Part shown: piece after piece, positions 24,968 through 36,721 of the stretch
Position numbering within the stretch: position 1 is the first letter of the stretch
How the letters are laid out: each line of letters begins with the position of its first letter
Virus record (IMG/VR): IMGVR_UViG_3300009181_000044
Coordinates: 1 to 64,000 of that record
Length of the DNA stretch: 64,000 nucleotides
From: a virus
Strand: one strand, 5' to 3'
Notes under the pieces: model-generated
Databases searched by the model: none
Told to the model about the DNA's origin: nothing
What the model saw: only the letters and a program-made list of their open reading frames with translations
Made by a program: the position numbers and the translations under genes

Positions 24968-27900
24968 ATGAGCAATGAGACGATTAAAATTGGTATAGAC
25001 GTTAGTTCCAACGGAACCCTACCTAAAAGTGAAAAAGAAGCCGCCGCACTAAATAAGCAATTAGAAGCTTTGGCTAGAAATGCTGATCGCGCAAATAAAG
25101 CTCAGCAAGGTGGTACTGGCGGCAGCCGTAAAGCTGCGGCTACTATGGACAATACGGGCTATAGAAATTTACAAGGCACTGCTCAAACAAGCGGTGCTGA
25201 AGGACGAGACTTTGCAAAACAGTCGCAAGGTCTTGGTGGATTGGTACGTGTGTACGCTACCTTTGCTGCAAACATATTTGCTGTAAGTGCAGCATTTACT
25301 GCCTTGAAAGAAGCTGCAGCAACAGAAAACATGGTTAAAGGACTTGACCAACTAGGTGCAGCAAGCGGCCGTAATTTGGGTACGCTTTCTAAACAAATTG
25401 CCGCAAGTGTGGACGGAGCAGTATCACTTAGAGAAGCAATGACTTCTGTGGCTCAAGCTAGTTCTGCAGGTTTAAATACTAAACAAATAAAAGATTTAGC
25501 GTTAGTAGCCAATAAAGCATCTCAAGCTTTAGGCTTAAATATGTCTGATGCTATGAGCCGTCTAAGTCGCGGTATTAGCAAGATTGAGCCGGAACTATTA
25601 GACGAATTAGGTATTTTTGTTAAAGTTGATGAAGCAACGCAAAAGTATGCCTTAGCTGTTGGTAAAACTACAGCCTCATTATCAGACTTTGAAAAACGCC
25701 AAGCTTTTGCTAATGCAGTACTTGACCAAGCAAAAGAAAAATTTAGTGCTATTGACGTAGCCGCTAATCCTTATGATAAACTACTAGCCAGTGTTAAGAA
25801 TCTAGCAACAAGTGGATTAGAGCTAGTCAATACATTTTTAGCACCTGCTGTTAAATTTTTAGCTGAGTCTCCTACAGCTTTAGCAGTTGTTTTTGCTAGC
25901 ATTGCTGGAATACTATTAAAACAAGCACTGCCTGCATTAGGCGAATTTCGTCGTGGCATAGAGTCCACTAGAAAAGCATCGGCAGATGCGGCTGCTGCTT
26001 TTGCAAAAGCCTTCCCAGATACTTTCCAAGAAAAATTACTTCGTCAGTTTCAAATACCAGATCTAGAAAAATCTGTAGCTAGAGCAGAAGCAAATTTAAA
26101 TAGACTAAACAAAAACCCAGCACTTGATAAAACACTTGCTAATAATTTATCTAGTGCTATTGCTGCAGACCCTAAAGCGCTAGCCAGTGCTAAAGAAATA
26201 TTAGAAAATCGTAATAAAATTATTGAAACCGGTAAAAAAGGCAGTGCGCAAGCAACAGCTGCTCAAATTGAGAATGCTAGAGCAGATAAACTACAGCTAG
26301 AAGGAGCTATTGCAGTTTATAAAGCTAAACTTGATCTAATAAAAGCCAACAGCTTATTAACGGCAGGACAAGATAAGATGGAAACAAAGGCAGGAGCCCC
26401 TATTAGTAAGTGGGACCCTGAAACTTTAGCTTTAGCAAGATATATAAAATTACGAAAAGAAGTTACTAAAAGTGAATTAATTTCAGGTGCAGCCGAAACT
26501 GCTTCTATTTTAGGAGTTAGAGCTGCTTGGTCAGAACTTCATGCAAATGTACAAAAAGAAGGCTTGGGAACTTGGGATAAATATACTACGCTTGCCAAAG
26601 GCACACTAGCTGCCGTAACTACAAGAATTATGGGAATTGTGGGTGCGCTAGGCACTCTAGGACAAATGGCAGGTGCTGCTATAGCAGTATTTTCACTAAT
26701 TGACTCTTTTGCATCAAGCGCTACAAAAGAAGTAGAAGCTTTTAATGCTGCAACCGATGCTACTAAAGCAGCATTAAAAGGCGTAAACGATACGTACGAT
26801 CTATATCTTATAAAGAAAAAAGAAAGTTTTAGTCTTGAAAGTATTTCTGCATTTACAAACGCACTAGGCGGACTAACAGATGCGTTTGAAAGCCAGATAT
26901 TAGCGGTTAGAAAGTTTGATGCAGCTGCAAATGACTGGGATAGATTTAAAGACAGTTTTGCTAGTTTATTTGGTGGCGGTAATGCCAATAAGTTAAAACA
27001 AGGTGCAAAAGATACTGTTCAGGGCGTGTTAAAGTCACTAGAATTTAGCTCTTATAAGAAACAAGATGAAAGTCTGCTAGCTAGTGTTTTAGGGCTAGAT
27101 GACCCTAAACTTTTGTATGATACAAAAGCACTAGATAAAGCACTAGAAGCAATACCGGATGCTGAATTACTAAGAAAACTGGATCAAGTAAAAGCAACGG
27201 TACAAGGTATTAGAGAGCAAGAAGAGTATGCAACAAATGCTGCAAAAGCTTTTGCAGAAAGTTTAGGCACAATTGGTAAAATTACTGATCAGATGATTCA
27301 AGCTAATGCTTTTACAGATCTTCAAGGTAAACTAGGAGTAGAATTAGTAAATGCTTCAGATAGGTTTGCTCAGTCTTTACAAGACCCACTAAAAGCTTTA
27401 GAAGCGATAGCCAAACTTAGTAAGGATCCTAAAGCTTTAGCTGCTTTAAATATTACTGATTTGACAGAATTAGCACAAGCTGCAAAATTTGAAAGAGAAA
27501 TTAGCGTTGCTACTAAAGAAAGAGTTGAAGCTGAAAAAGAACTAGAACAAGCAAAAGCAGGCAAAGGTAAGCTTAGTACTGCTCCTGATGCAGGAACTTT
27601 TGGACAGGGTGGAGTAGGTTTTCTAGAAACTACAAAGCAAAGAGACATAGAAAACGCAAATGCTGCACTACAAAAAGCAATTAGTCAGGTAGAGAAAGCT
27701 CAAAAAGAAGGAGCTAACTTTGCTATTAGTCAAGTTGGTTTAATAGATAAGATTGCTAGTGCTGGACTTGAGAAAATTGAATTAGGGTTGAAGAAAACAA
27801 AAGAACTTGCAGCTATATCTCTTGCACGAGCACAACTAAGTTTTGCAGCATCTGCAGGATTTGACACGTCTAACGATGAATACAAGTTACGTATACAAGA

Positions 27901-30900
27901 GCTAAAAATACAAGAAAGTTTAATAGAAGCTAGTTATAATGCACAAATTATAACGCAGAAAAATACTGATGCATTAGGCTTACTGAGCGCAGCATTGCAG
28001 CAACAAGTAGCAACCGCAATGAAAGAGAAAACTGGCGCTAAACCAGAAGAAATTGCATTAGCTGAAACTATGTTAAAGCAAGCAGAAGGTGCTATACTTA
28101 AACTTACTGCAAAAAGCCTACTACAAGAAGGCATGAGTGTTAGTAGTATTCGCTCAACACTGGGTGAAAGAGAAGACGGTGTTCCCAGTGAAAAAATAAA
28201 ACTAGCTCTTTTACAGGCACAAGCTTCTCAAAGAGCCGATAATTTGGCTAAAGCTCAGCGAGAAGCTCAACTTGAACAAATTGGTGTTGACAGACAAATA
28301 GCTGGTTATGATAAAGAAGCAAAAGCTAAGAATTATCAGCTTAAAATAACACAAGACGCGATAGCAATTAGTAAAACTAGGTTAGAGATAGAAGGCCAAC
28401 TACTTGGTATATACGAACAAGTAAATGCTTATAGCTCAGAAGAAATTATTAAGTTAAAAACTGCTAATCAGCAGGCAAAAGATAACGCTGATTTTGCTAG
28501 CAAACAGGCGCAACTTGATAAAGAATTGCGCGATTTAAATGATGCAGCTAAAATAGCTACTATAACAAACGAAAAACAACAATTAGCTTTATTGACTGCA
28601 CAAAACAAAGAAAAACAAGTTAACTTAGACTTAGAAAAGGCTACTAAAGTATTTGGTCAAGAAATAGCTGATATTAAAGCACGATCAGCAATAGCACAGG
28701 CTAAATTAGCTTTACAAACAAGTTTAGAAGCAGAAAAACTAAGATTAACTAATTCTCTTGAAGAAGCCAAACTTAGCAATAAACAGCGCGAAATAGAACT
28801 AAAATTACAGTTAAATCAACTAGACGAAATTACTGCTAATAGACTTAGAACTCAAAACGATTTAGCCTCACAAAACCTAAAGTTTACTGAACAAGATTTA
28901 AAACTTAAGTCAGACTTATTGCAAAAAGAAGAAGCCGCAAGACAAGCACAAAAGATATTTGATGCTGCAGCTGCACAAGCTGTTGCAAATCCAACCGAAG
29001 CAAGCACGGGTGCTTTAGCTAGTGCAGGTGAAGGGTTAACCAATGCTCAAAAACAAGTTGACGTAAGTACGCAAGCAATTAGCATTAATAATCAAGTAAA
29101 CGAAACTGTTAAAACAGGTATCCAACTACAAGCTGAATTAAACGAAAAATTATTAAGACAAGCTGAACACCTAAAACTAGTTCAAAGTACCGCAGAAAGT
29201 TTAGGCGTAGTATTTGGCGAAACAGGTAAAGCTATGGGCGATACCTTAACTGCATTTGATGCATTACAAACTAACCAGAAAAATCGTGCTGAGCAACTTA
29301 AAAATGCTGCAGGCGATGAAGCACGTCAAGCTGAACTTAAAAAGCAATTTGCTAAAGAAGAAGTTGGAGATCAAGCAAGGGTTATCGGTGCCGCAAAAGG
29401 TATGTTTGATAAAAAGAGCTTAATATACAAACAGCTAGAAGGAATTGAAAAAGCTTATCACTTATTTAAATTAGGCACATTTATAGCAGAAACAGCTATG
29501 AGTGCCTGGGCTACTGCAATGCAGATTAAAGATACAGTTACTAAGACCATGGCTGCACAAACAGAAGGGGTTGCACAAGGTGCTCTAGCTGTTATAAAAT
29601 CTTTAGCCAGCTTACCATTTCCAGCTAACTTAGCTGCGGGAGCTGTAACGGCAGCAGTTGTAGCAGCTTTACTGAGTAAACTTGGCAGCGGTGGTCCTTC
29701 GGTTAGTACAGGCGGTTCGTTTGCCATGAACAGTGCACAAATGCAAGAAACACAAGGTACTGGAACAACTTACGATGCTAGCGGCAATAAGATTGAAACT
29801 GGTGGTGGAGTATTTGGTGATAGTACCTCAAAAGTTGATAATATCAATAAGTCTTTAGAAATTATCAGAGATAATTCTGTAGATGGATTGGCATATGATG
29901 ACAGGTTACTAAAATCATTTGAGCGTGTAGCTAATGCTATGACTGGTGCAGCTCAGGCAATTTACACAATTCCTGGACTTCGTCAGGGCGGTAAGTTTGG
30001 TACCCAAGCGGGAGAAATTAGTTCTGCTTCAGGCTGGAACAGCATTCCTCTCATTGGTGGACTATTGGGCAATATTTTTGGTGGCGGAACTAGCGCAGCT
30101 ACAAGTATTGAAAGTTCAGGTATACAATTACGCGGTAGTTTAGAACAAATTATTACAGATACTAGCAATAGTATTAAACAATATAAAGATGTTTTACAAC
30201 AATTTCACCGTGATGGAGGCTGGTTTGGTCAAGACGATGATTGGACAGTGAGATGGCGTGAAACTATGACAATTAAAAGCGAAGTGGGGGATGCCATTAA
30301 AGACATATTTGTTGAGTCCAAAAATATGTTTATTGAAGTAGGTAAAAGTGCTGGAGTTAGTGTTTCTCAAGTACAACGAGCATTTGAGACTTTAGCAACT
30401 AATCTTGATCTAGATTTGCGTGGATTGACTGGCGATCAGATTGTAAAAGAACTAAACGCAGTTATTGGTAGTAAGCTAGATGAGGCAGCCAAAATTTTAT
30501 TTTCAAGTTTTGATAAATATAAAAAGTTTGGTGAAAGTTACTTAACTACTGTAGTCAGAGTTGTTGATGCTAATACTAAAATTCAGCAAGTTCTTACAAA
30601 TATTGGTATTGATAAACTTGTAACCGGGTTATTTGATATAACTGAAGCAATGGTTACTACTGCCGGAGGTCTAGATAAGTTTATTAGTCAATATGATTTC
30701 TTTAAATCTAATTTCTTAAGTGCAACAGAGCAACTAGTTCCTGTACAAAAAGCAGTAAACTATGAATTAGATAGACTAAAAATTACTACTGCAACTAGCC
30801 GCGAAGGTTTTGCAGCATTAATAAGATCATTAGACGTTACTACCCAAACGGGTCGCGATACTTATCAAGCTTTAATGAATTTAGCTCCTGGAATTGATCA

Positions 30901-31897
30901 AGTGTTTAAAGCACAGGAAAAGGTAGCCGCAGAGCGCGAAGGCTTACAAAAGAAGATTTTAGAATTAGAGAATGATACAGTAACTTTACGTAATAAAGAG
31001 CTGTTAGCGCTTGATGCAAGTAATCAAGCACTGCAAAAACAAATCTGGGCTCTTGGTGAACAACAAACTGCTGCTAAAAACTTAAAGTCAAATCTTGACA
31101 GTGTAACCAAAACCATTAAAGGTCAAATTACTAGCCTAACAGACTATAAAAATGCACTACTAACAGGCGACAAAGGTTCAATGACTACAAGTCAACAATA
31201 TCAATCTGCAAAAGACGATATTACTAACCTGCTATCTATTATTAACGGTATACCAAAAACCAAAGAAGAAGAAGACGCACGTAATTTAGCCATTAGTAAA
31301 TTATCGGGTTCAACTGATAAGTTCTTAGGTTTAAGTCGTGAACTTTTTGCAAGTGGTGCTCAATATACTGCTGACTTTAATACAGTACTTGCTATAGTTG
31401 CACAAACAAGTAGTACCCTAGAAACTCAGTTAACAGATTCACAAAAACAACTAGATGCATTAAAAACTTCTGAAAGCTATTTATTTAGCATTGAAGCCAG
31501 TAGCAAAACAACTGCAACATTAATGCAAGAATACATAGATGCTACTTCTAAGCTAATAGGTACTGGTTATTCTAAGGTAATGGCAACAGGTACAAATTAC
31601 GTGCCACAAGATATGACAGCGTTAATTCACAAAGGTGAACGCGTTATTCCTGCAGCAGATAACTTTGTGCTAATGTCTAGACTAACTACTACTGATAACT
31701 ATACTCGCGATATGTCTATTCAAATCCGTGAATTAAATCAGAAAATAACAAGTTTAGAACGTACTGTTGCAGAAGGTGCTGTTATGAATGCTCAAGCTAC
31801 TGATCGTAACACTGAGCAAATTGCTCAAGCAGTTACAGATGGATCTGATAAAACAGTTCAAGTAACTCGTATTCAGAATAAGGCTACGATTAAATGA
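24968..31897 (+). CDS. tape measure protein (~2310 aa)
   Basis: Ala/Lys/Gln-rich helical; GGLVRVYATFAANIFAVSAAF and ELLDELGI as in T5 pb2; C-terminal ATGTNYVP...HKGERV. Confidence 0.92.
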   Translation: MSNETIKIGIDVSSNGTLPKSEKEAAALNKQLEALARNADRANKAQQGGTGGSRKAAATMDNTGYRNLQGTAQTSGAEGRDFAKQSQGLGGLVRVYATFAANIFAVSAAFTALKEAAATENMVKGLDQLGAASGRNLGTLSKQIAASVDGAVSLREAMTSVAQASSAGLNTKQIKDLALVANKASQALGLNMSDAMSRLSRGISKIEPELLDELGIFVKVDEATQKYALAVGKTTASLSDFEKRQAFANAVLDQAKEKFSAIDVAANPYDKLLASVKNLATSGLELVNTFLAPAVKFLAESPTALAVVFASIAGILLKQALPALGEFRRGIESTRKASADAAAAFAKAFPDTFQEKLLRQFQIPDLEKSVARAEANLNRLNKNPALDKTLANNLSSAIAADPKALASAKEILENRNKIIETGKKGSAQATAAQIENARADKLQLEGAIAVYKAKLDLIKANSLLTAGQDKMETKAGAPISKWDPETLALARYIKLRKEVTKSELISGAAETASILGVRAAWSELHANVQKEGLGTWDKYTTLAKGTLAAVTTRIMGIVGALGTLGQMAGAAIAVFSLIDSFASSATKEVEAFNAATDATKAALKGVNDTYDLYLIKKKESFSLESISAFTNALGGLTDAFESQILAVRKFDAAANDWDRFKDSFASLFGGGNANKLKQGAKDTVQGVLKSLEFSSYKKQDESLLASVLGLDDPKLLYDTKALDKALEAIPDAELLRKLDQVKATVQGIREQEEYATNAAKAFAESLGTIGKITDQMIQANAFTDLQGKLGVELVNASDRFAQSLQDPLKALEAIAKLSKDPKALAALNITDLTELAQAAKFEREISVATKERVEAEKELEQAKAGKGKLSTAPDAGTFGQGGVGFLETTKQRDIENANAALQKAISQVEKAQKEGANFAISQVGLIDKIASAGLEKIELGLKKTKELAAISLARAQLSFAASAGFDTSNDEYKLRIQELKIQESLIEASYNAQIITQKNTDALGLLSAALQQQVATAMKEKTGAKPEEIALAETMLKQAEGAILKLTAKSLLQEGMSVSSIRSTLGEREDGVPSEKIKLALLQAQASQRADNLAKAQREAQLEQIGVDRQIAGYDKEAKAKNYQLKITQDAIAISKTRLEIEGQLLGIYEQVNAYSSEEIIKLKTANQQAKDNADFASKQAQLDKELRDLNDAAKIATITNEKQQLALLTAQNKEKQVNLDLEKATKVFGQEIADIKARSAIAQAKLALQTSLEAEKLRLTNSLEEAKLSNKQREIELKLQLNQLDEITANRLRTQNDLASQNLKFTEQDLKLKSDLLQKEEAARQAQKIFDAAAAQAVANPTEASTGALASAGEGLTNAQKQVDVSTQAISINNQVNETVKTGIQLQAELNEKLLRQAEHLKLVQSTAESLGVVFGETGKAMGDTLTAFDALQTNQKNRAEQLKNAAGDEARQAELKKQFAKEEVGDQARVIGAAKGMFDKKSLIYKQLEGIEKAYHLFKLGTFIAETAMSAWATAMQIKDTVTKTMAAQTEGVAQGALAVIKSLASLPFPANLAAGAVTAAVVAALLSKLGSGGPSVSTGGSFAMNSAQMQETQGTGTTYDASGNKIETGGGVFGDSTSKVDNINKSLEIIRDNSVDGLAYDDRLLKSFERVANAMTGAAQAIYTIPGLRQGGKFGTQAGEISSASGWNSIPLIGGLLGNIFGGGTSAATSIESSGIQLRGSLEQIITDTSNSIKQYKDVLQQFHRDGGWFGQDDDWTVRWRETMTIKSEVGDAIKDIFVESKNMFIEVGKSAGVSVSQVQRAFETLATNLDLDLRGLTGDQIVKELNAVIGSKLDEAAKILFSSFDKYKKFGESYLTTVVRVVDANTKIQQVLTNIGIDKLVTGLFDITEAMVTTAGGLDKFISQYDFFKSNFLSATEQLVPVQKAVNYELDRLKITTATSREGFAALIRSLDVTTQTGRDTYQALMNLAPGIDQVFKAQEKVAAEREGLQKKILELENDTVTLRNKELLALDASNQALQKQIWALGEQQTAAKNLKSNLDSVTKTIKGQITSLTDYKNALLTGDKGSMTTSQQYQSAKDDITNLLSIINGIPKTKEEEDARNLAISKLSGSTDKFLGLSRELFASGAQYTADFNTVLAIVAQTSSTLETQLTDSQKQLDALKTSESYLFSIEASSKTTATLMQEYIDATSKLIGTGYSKVMATGTNYVPQDMTALIHKGERVIPAADNFVLMSRLTTTDNYTRDMSIQIRELNQKITSLERTVAEGAVMNAQATDRNTEQIAQAVTDGSDKTVQVTRIQNKATIK

Positions 31898-33597
31898 AAA
31901 CAGTAACAGAAATGGTGACCTGGCTTAATACGCCAGGTCATATTAAATGTGTATTAGCAGATATTACAGAAGTTGGAAACTCCGCAGTTTCCAACTTCTT
32001 TTTATCTAATGTTGCTTATTTTGGCGACAATCAAAACTATAACGCCGCTATAACAGGCGGCTTAAGTTTTTCAGAAAGTTTAAATGTTGACGGTCAAGCT
32101 TCACTTAGTTTTGGTAGTCTTGAAATTGTTAATACTGGTGGTGTTCATGACGCATATTTAACGTATGTGTGGAGCAAGCGACCAATTAAAGTTTACTTAG
32201 GCGATCCCAGTTGGCCTAAATCAGATTTTGTACTAATCTTTGATGGTTTAATACAAGAGATAACTGCGCCTGGCGAAAATGCTTTAAGTTTTACACTATT
32301 TGATAAACTACAGCGTTTAAACGACCCTATTTCAGAGCGTACTATAGCAGATACAAATTACTCACAGAATACCTTAAAAAATGTTTTACCACTGTTATTT
32401 GGCGAAGCATTTAATATTCAACCGCTATTGGTAGACAAAGGCGGTGCTAGTGGCATACCTGGAGTTATAACTACTTCAGCTACTACATCAACAATAACAG
32501 GTATCACATCTACTCTTAGTATGCTGGAAGGGCAAGTATTAACAAAAGTAAGTGGTACAGGTGCATTTGGCACTAATCCAACTATTATAAGCGTAAATAG
32601 TGCCACACAAATTACAATCACAAGTGCATCTTCAAATACCGCAGGCTCACTAACTTTTAATGTGGGTGGCGTGAGTGGCGCAGGCCAAACGTACATGATT
32701 CATGATGGTGCTATAAATGGTTTAATTGAAGCCAGGGATAGTGGGGTTCCAATTACAGTAACTGAAAATAATGGTTCAGGTACTTTTACACTACTAACTA
32801 GTCCAGTAGGAACTATTACTTGTAGTGCGCAGGGCAGAACTACATACACTAATACAGTACCTGGAATTATTAGACAAATAGTAACTAACTACGGTACTAC
32901 CGCAAATAGGTTTACAGATAGCGAAATAAGTTTTGATGACTTTACTAACGCAAGTGCAGTAGGTTTTTATTCTAGTGATCGCACAAATATCTTAGATGCT
33001 TGCAATCAATTAGCAAAAAGTTTAAATGCAAACTTAATATGTCCGTCAATTGTGGTAACAAGCGGCGTTGTAAGTGCTAGTAAATTAAGGTTAGTAGAAA
33101 TTAAAGCGCCAGCAGGAACAGCAAAATATACGCTTAATGACGATAACATGATACTTAACTCTTTAAGTATTCAACAAATGTTTCCAGTCAAACCCAGTAT
33201 TAAATTAGGTTATTGCAAAAATTATACTATTCAAACCACAGTAGCCGGCGGCGTAAATCCTGAAAGTAGGTTCGACGAACCTTATATTTACTTGCCCTTA
33301 GAAAATACCGATAAAAAGACCTTATACAGAGACAGTGGGACTGTTAGTGAAGAAGAAACACTACTGTTAGTTACTACAGAAGCTACTACAGAAGCACAAA
33401 AACGTCTTAGTTTATGGGAAACACAAAGATACGTAATTACTGCCAACTATTTACCGCACTTAATGTTTGTGCAATTAGGTGATATAGTAACAATACAGAG
33501 CGCTAGATTTGGATTAGGTGCAGGAAAATTAGGCATGGTATATTCCGTAACCCGTAATTGGACCACCGGAATAGTCAGCATAGGAGTTTTAGTATGA
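31894..33597 (+). CDS. baseplate hub / tail-tip protein
   Basis: Follows tape measure; IFDG.I...LPLLFGEAFNIQP. Confidence 0.65.
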   Translation: MKTVTEMVTWLNTPGHIKCVLADITEVGNSAVSNFFLSNVAYFGDNQNYNAAITGGLSFSESLNVDGQASLSFGSLEIVNTGGVHDAYLTYVWSKRPIKVYLGDPSWPKSDFVLIFDGLIQEITAPGENALSFTLFDKLQRLNDPISERTIADTNYSQNTLKNVLPLLFGEAFNIQPLLVDKGGASGIPGVITTSATTSTITGITSTLSMLEGQVLTKVSGTGAFGTNPTIISVNSATQITITSASSNTAGSLTFNVGGVSGAGQTYMIHDGAINGLIEARDSGVPITVTENNGSGTFTLLTSPVGTITCSAQGRTTYTNTVPGIIRQIVTNYGTTANRFTDSEISFDDFTNASAVGFYSSDRTNILDACNQLAKSLNANLICPSIVVTSGVVSASKLRLVEIKAPAGTAKYTLNDDNMILNSLSIQQMFPVKPSIKLGYCKNYTIQTTVAGGVNPESRFDEPYIYLPLENTDKKTLYRDSGTVSEEETLLLVTTEATTEAQKRLSLWETQRYVITANYLPHLMFVQLGDIVTIQSARFGLGAGKLGMVYSVTRNWTTGIVSIGVLV

Positions 33598-36500
33598 CAG
33601 TAACAGCCGTGAATGCCAGAGACGTAGCTTTAAAAAATACTGCTATTAGAGTAGTAGGAGTATCTACTAATTATATTAGTTTGACTTGCCCTACTCAACA
33701 GTTTAAATATGGATCTGATAATCAACCTCAACCTGTTGCCGCCGTAGTTACCGCAACTTTAGCAGGTTACTTACAAGGCACAGTTACATTTACTTATTCT
33801 GGATTTATTACAGCACCAACAATTAGTGGTAATCAACTTTCTATTAACCCCGATAATTTTACAGGGGATGTAGCTACTGTAAATGCTAGCTTAAACTACC
33901 AAGGTGTAAACTACCAGGCAGTGCCCATTACAATTTCCAAAATATTTAATCAACTAGTAGCAAAAACTACTAGAACTATTGATTTATTACCCGCCTACAC
34001 AGACGGTACAGGATACACATTACCTGCTGCAGATAACTATCTTGAGCTATACAATGGTATATCTAAAGTAACTACTGGTGTAGCATATAGCCCCGGATCT
34101 CAAACAAAAAATGGTGTAACCGTTGCAGTAAACACATCAACTGGTTTAATCACTGTTAGTGAGGCTACACCCAATGCCTGGACTAGTAATTCAGAAAATT
34201 TTACACTTACTGCAACTAGAAATTTAATTGCATATACTACAACTTATACCATAACTAAAGCCAAACAAGGTACCGGTGGAGCACAACTTGCAGAAATTGC
34301 ACTTTATCAGTGGGCAACAACACAGCCAGCTACTCCAACTGGAACAAGTACTTATACGTGGTTAAGTAAAAGTCATGCTTATATAGGCACGGATACTTGG
34401 AAAGAAACTGTACCTACTAGTCCAGGTGGTGTAGGTATCAAACTATGGCAAATTACGGTAGCTATATTAGCACAATCTTCACTTAGTACAACTACTTATG
34501 TAGTTAATAGTACAAGTTGGGCTGGCGGAACTGTAAGACAAATAACAACGGAAGCTAATGCCTTAATTAAAACCTATACTGCTATTGTGTACCAAAATGC
34601 ACTAAGTGGTGCGCCAACTATTGCAGGAGCTACAACGTATAGTTGGATAACAAATACCATGGCAGCAGAGCCAGGCAATTGGACTTTTGCTCCGCCTGCA
34701 GCTCAAACTGGTTATACATTATATCAAGCTGCAGTTAGTATAATAGCGGCTCAAACAGATACAGTTACTGCCGTAAATTGGGTATCTGCAAGCATTACTC
34801 CAGTAAGATATTATGGTACAGATGGTGCTAGTGCTCGCAGAGCGTACATTTTAGTACCCTCTGCGGTTACCCCCGCAAGTACCCCCGCAACAGTTTCTAC
34901 TACAGGAAATAGTACATACCCTACTAGTGGTACTTGGTTTACTACTAATTCAAACGGTATAACTTGGACTGTAACCTGGTTAGCAAATGCTCCTAACTCT
35001 ATTAGTGAGGGATATACCCTTTACCAAAGTGATGGTGTGTTTGTTACTAATGGCAATACTAGTTGGGGCTTTCCATACATTAGTTCTTTAAAGGTAGGTA
35101 ACTTAGCAGCAATCAGTGTAAATACTGGTGGTTTAACAATTTCAGATTACATTAAAGGTGGTAACGCCACTAGTCTTACAACCGGTAATGGTTTTTATGT
35201 AGACTCAAGTGGGTATATTAGAGTAGGCACTCCTGGAGCTGCTCAACTAAAGTTTGATGCTAGTGGATTAAAAATATCGGACTCCACAGGTACGGATATT
35301 TTTACTGTAGTTAGTACTGCTAGTACAAATGCAACTACAGCACTACAAACTGCAGGAAGTGTTACTTGGCTGGGCGATGATGCAGTACAAATAATTACCG
35401 GCACTCAACTAAAGAAAATAAGCGGTAATAATCTGGCTTGGGATTCCCAAAGATATTCAGCCGAAAGTTACGTAAATGGTGCCTACATAACTTTTATTCC
35501 TGTTAGTACAGCCAATGATTTCATGATAGGTTTAAATGCTGACCCAACTACTAATTCAAGTTACAGTACTCTTGACTTTGCTTGGTATTGCACTGTTGCC
35601 GGCACTTTAGAAATATATGAAAACAATACTGGACAAAGTTTTGACGCAGGTATACCTGCTCAAACATATAATAGTAGCACAGTTTTAGGTATTGTATATG
35701 ATGGTAAAACTGTAAAATATTACAAAGATGGAACAGTAATAAGAACAGTAACAAAAAGTGCTAATATAAGACTTTATGCAGATAGTAGTTTTTGTACACT
35801 TAATGCAGAAGCTAAATCTATCAGATTTGGTCCTGTAGGTGCAGCAGGTACTGATGGCATTACTCCTACTATAGCAGTAGGTACAATAACTACAGGGGGT
35901 GCTGGCAGCTCTGCATCAGTTACTCCAACTACTAGTGGCACAAATACAACACTAAATTTTACTATTCCTCAAGGATATAAAGGCGATAATGGAGTATCTT
36001 ATTCATTACTAGCAAGTCAACAAGTAATACGTAAACTAGCAAATGGAACCTTTAGTATCCCGTATGTAACGGGTTACATTAAAAAATCAGATGGAACTAC
36101 TGTTAGTGACTACAACGGATATTTTAAAATTTACAATGATAGTACAGGCTTAGTATATACTAGTGCCGCAGCAGAAAGTAATAAAACGTATAATTTTTCT
36201 AGTGTTCCCGCCACAATGGCAGTAGATATATACGCATACGTTGATAGTGGATTTACTCAACTAATAGGTAGAATATCTATACCTGTAATTAAAGATGGTG
36301 CAGACTCTATAGTTCCCGGAGATGCAGGAGCTCGAGGTAGTTTACAAGGTTACGGTTCAAAGTATGGTATTACCACAGATTCTTGGAATAATAACTTAGC
36401 TAATCGTGTAATTTTTAATCTTGTTAATGGTTCTGCCGCGACAAGTGAAGTAACTTTTACAAGTTACAATCAAATAGGTGATACGGTTACCTTTACAAAT

Positions 36501-36713
36501 TCTGCACAAACAGCATCGTTTACTAAATTCTGGGATGGCACTACATGGCTAGATCCTGCCGTAATTATAAATGGCAACCTAATAGCTACTGGAACTATTG
36601 CTGCTAATAGACTAGCGGCTAACTCACTGTTAGTAGGGCACAGAATTGAAAATACCGCAGGCACTTTTGTTATGAATTTTGGTGCTACGCCATCTATCTC
36701 GATCTCAGTTTAA
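33594..36713 (+). CDS. central tail fibre / spike
   Basis: Thr-rich Ig-like repeats, lectin-like insert, C-terminal INGNLIATGTI spike motif. Confidence 0.7.
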   Translation: MTVTAVNARDVALKNTAIRVVGVSTNYISLTCPTQQFKYGSDNQPQPVAAVVTATLAGYLQGTVTFTYSGFITAPTISGNQLSINPDNFTGDVATVNASLNYQGVNYQAVPITISKIFNQLVAKTTRTIDLLPAYTDGTGYTLPAADNYLELYNGISKVTTGVAYSPGSQTKNGVTVAVNTSTGLITVSEATPNAWTSNSENFTLTATRNLIAYTTTYTITKAKQGTGGAQLAEIALYQWATTQPATPTGTSTYTWLSKSHAYIGTDTWKETVPTSPGGVGIKLWQITVAILAQSSLSTTTYVVNSTSWAGGTVRQITTEANALIKTYTAIVYQNALSGAPTIAGATTYSWITNTMAAEPGNWTFAPPAAQTGYTLYQAAVSIIAAQTDTVTAVNWVSASITPVRYYGTDGASARRAYILVPSAVTPASTPATVSTTGNSTYPTSGTWFTTNSNGITWTVTWLANAPNSISEGYTLYQSDGVFVTNGNTSWGFPYISSLKVGNLAAISVNTGGLTISDYIKGGNATSLTTGNGFYVDSSGYIRVGTPGAAQLKFDASGLKISDSTGTDIFTVVSTASTNATTALQTAGSVTWLGDDAVQIITGTQLKKISGNNLAWDSQRYSAESYVNGAYITFIPVSTANDFMIGLNADPTTNSSYSTLDFAWYCTVAGTLEIYENNTGQSFDAGIPAQTYNSSTVLGIVYDGKTVKYYKDGTVIRTVTKSANIRLYADSSFCTLNAEAKSIRFGPVGAAGTDGITPTIAVGTITTGGAGSSASVTPTTSGTNTTLNFTIPQGYKGDNGVSYSLLASQQVIRKLANGTFSIPYVTGYIKKSDGTTVSDYNGYFKIYNDSTGLVYTSAAAESNKTYNFSSVPATMAVDIYAYVDSGFTQLIGRISIPVIKDGADSIVPGDAGARGSLQGYGSKYGITTDSWNNNLANRVIFNLVNGSAATSEVTFTSYNQIGDTVTFTNSAQTASFTKFWDGTTWLDPAVIINGNLIATGTIAANRLAANSLLVGHRIENTAGTFVMNFGATPSISISV

Positions 36714-36721
36714 GGAACACC

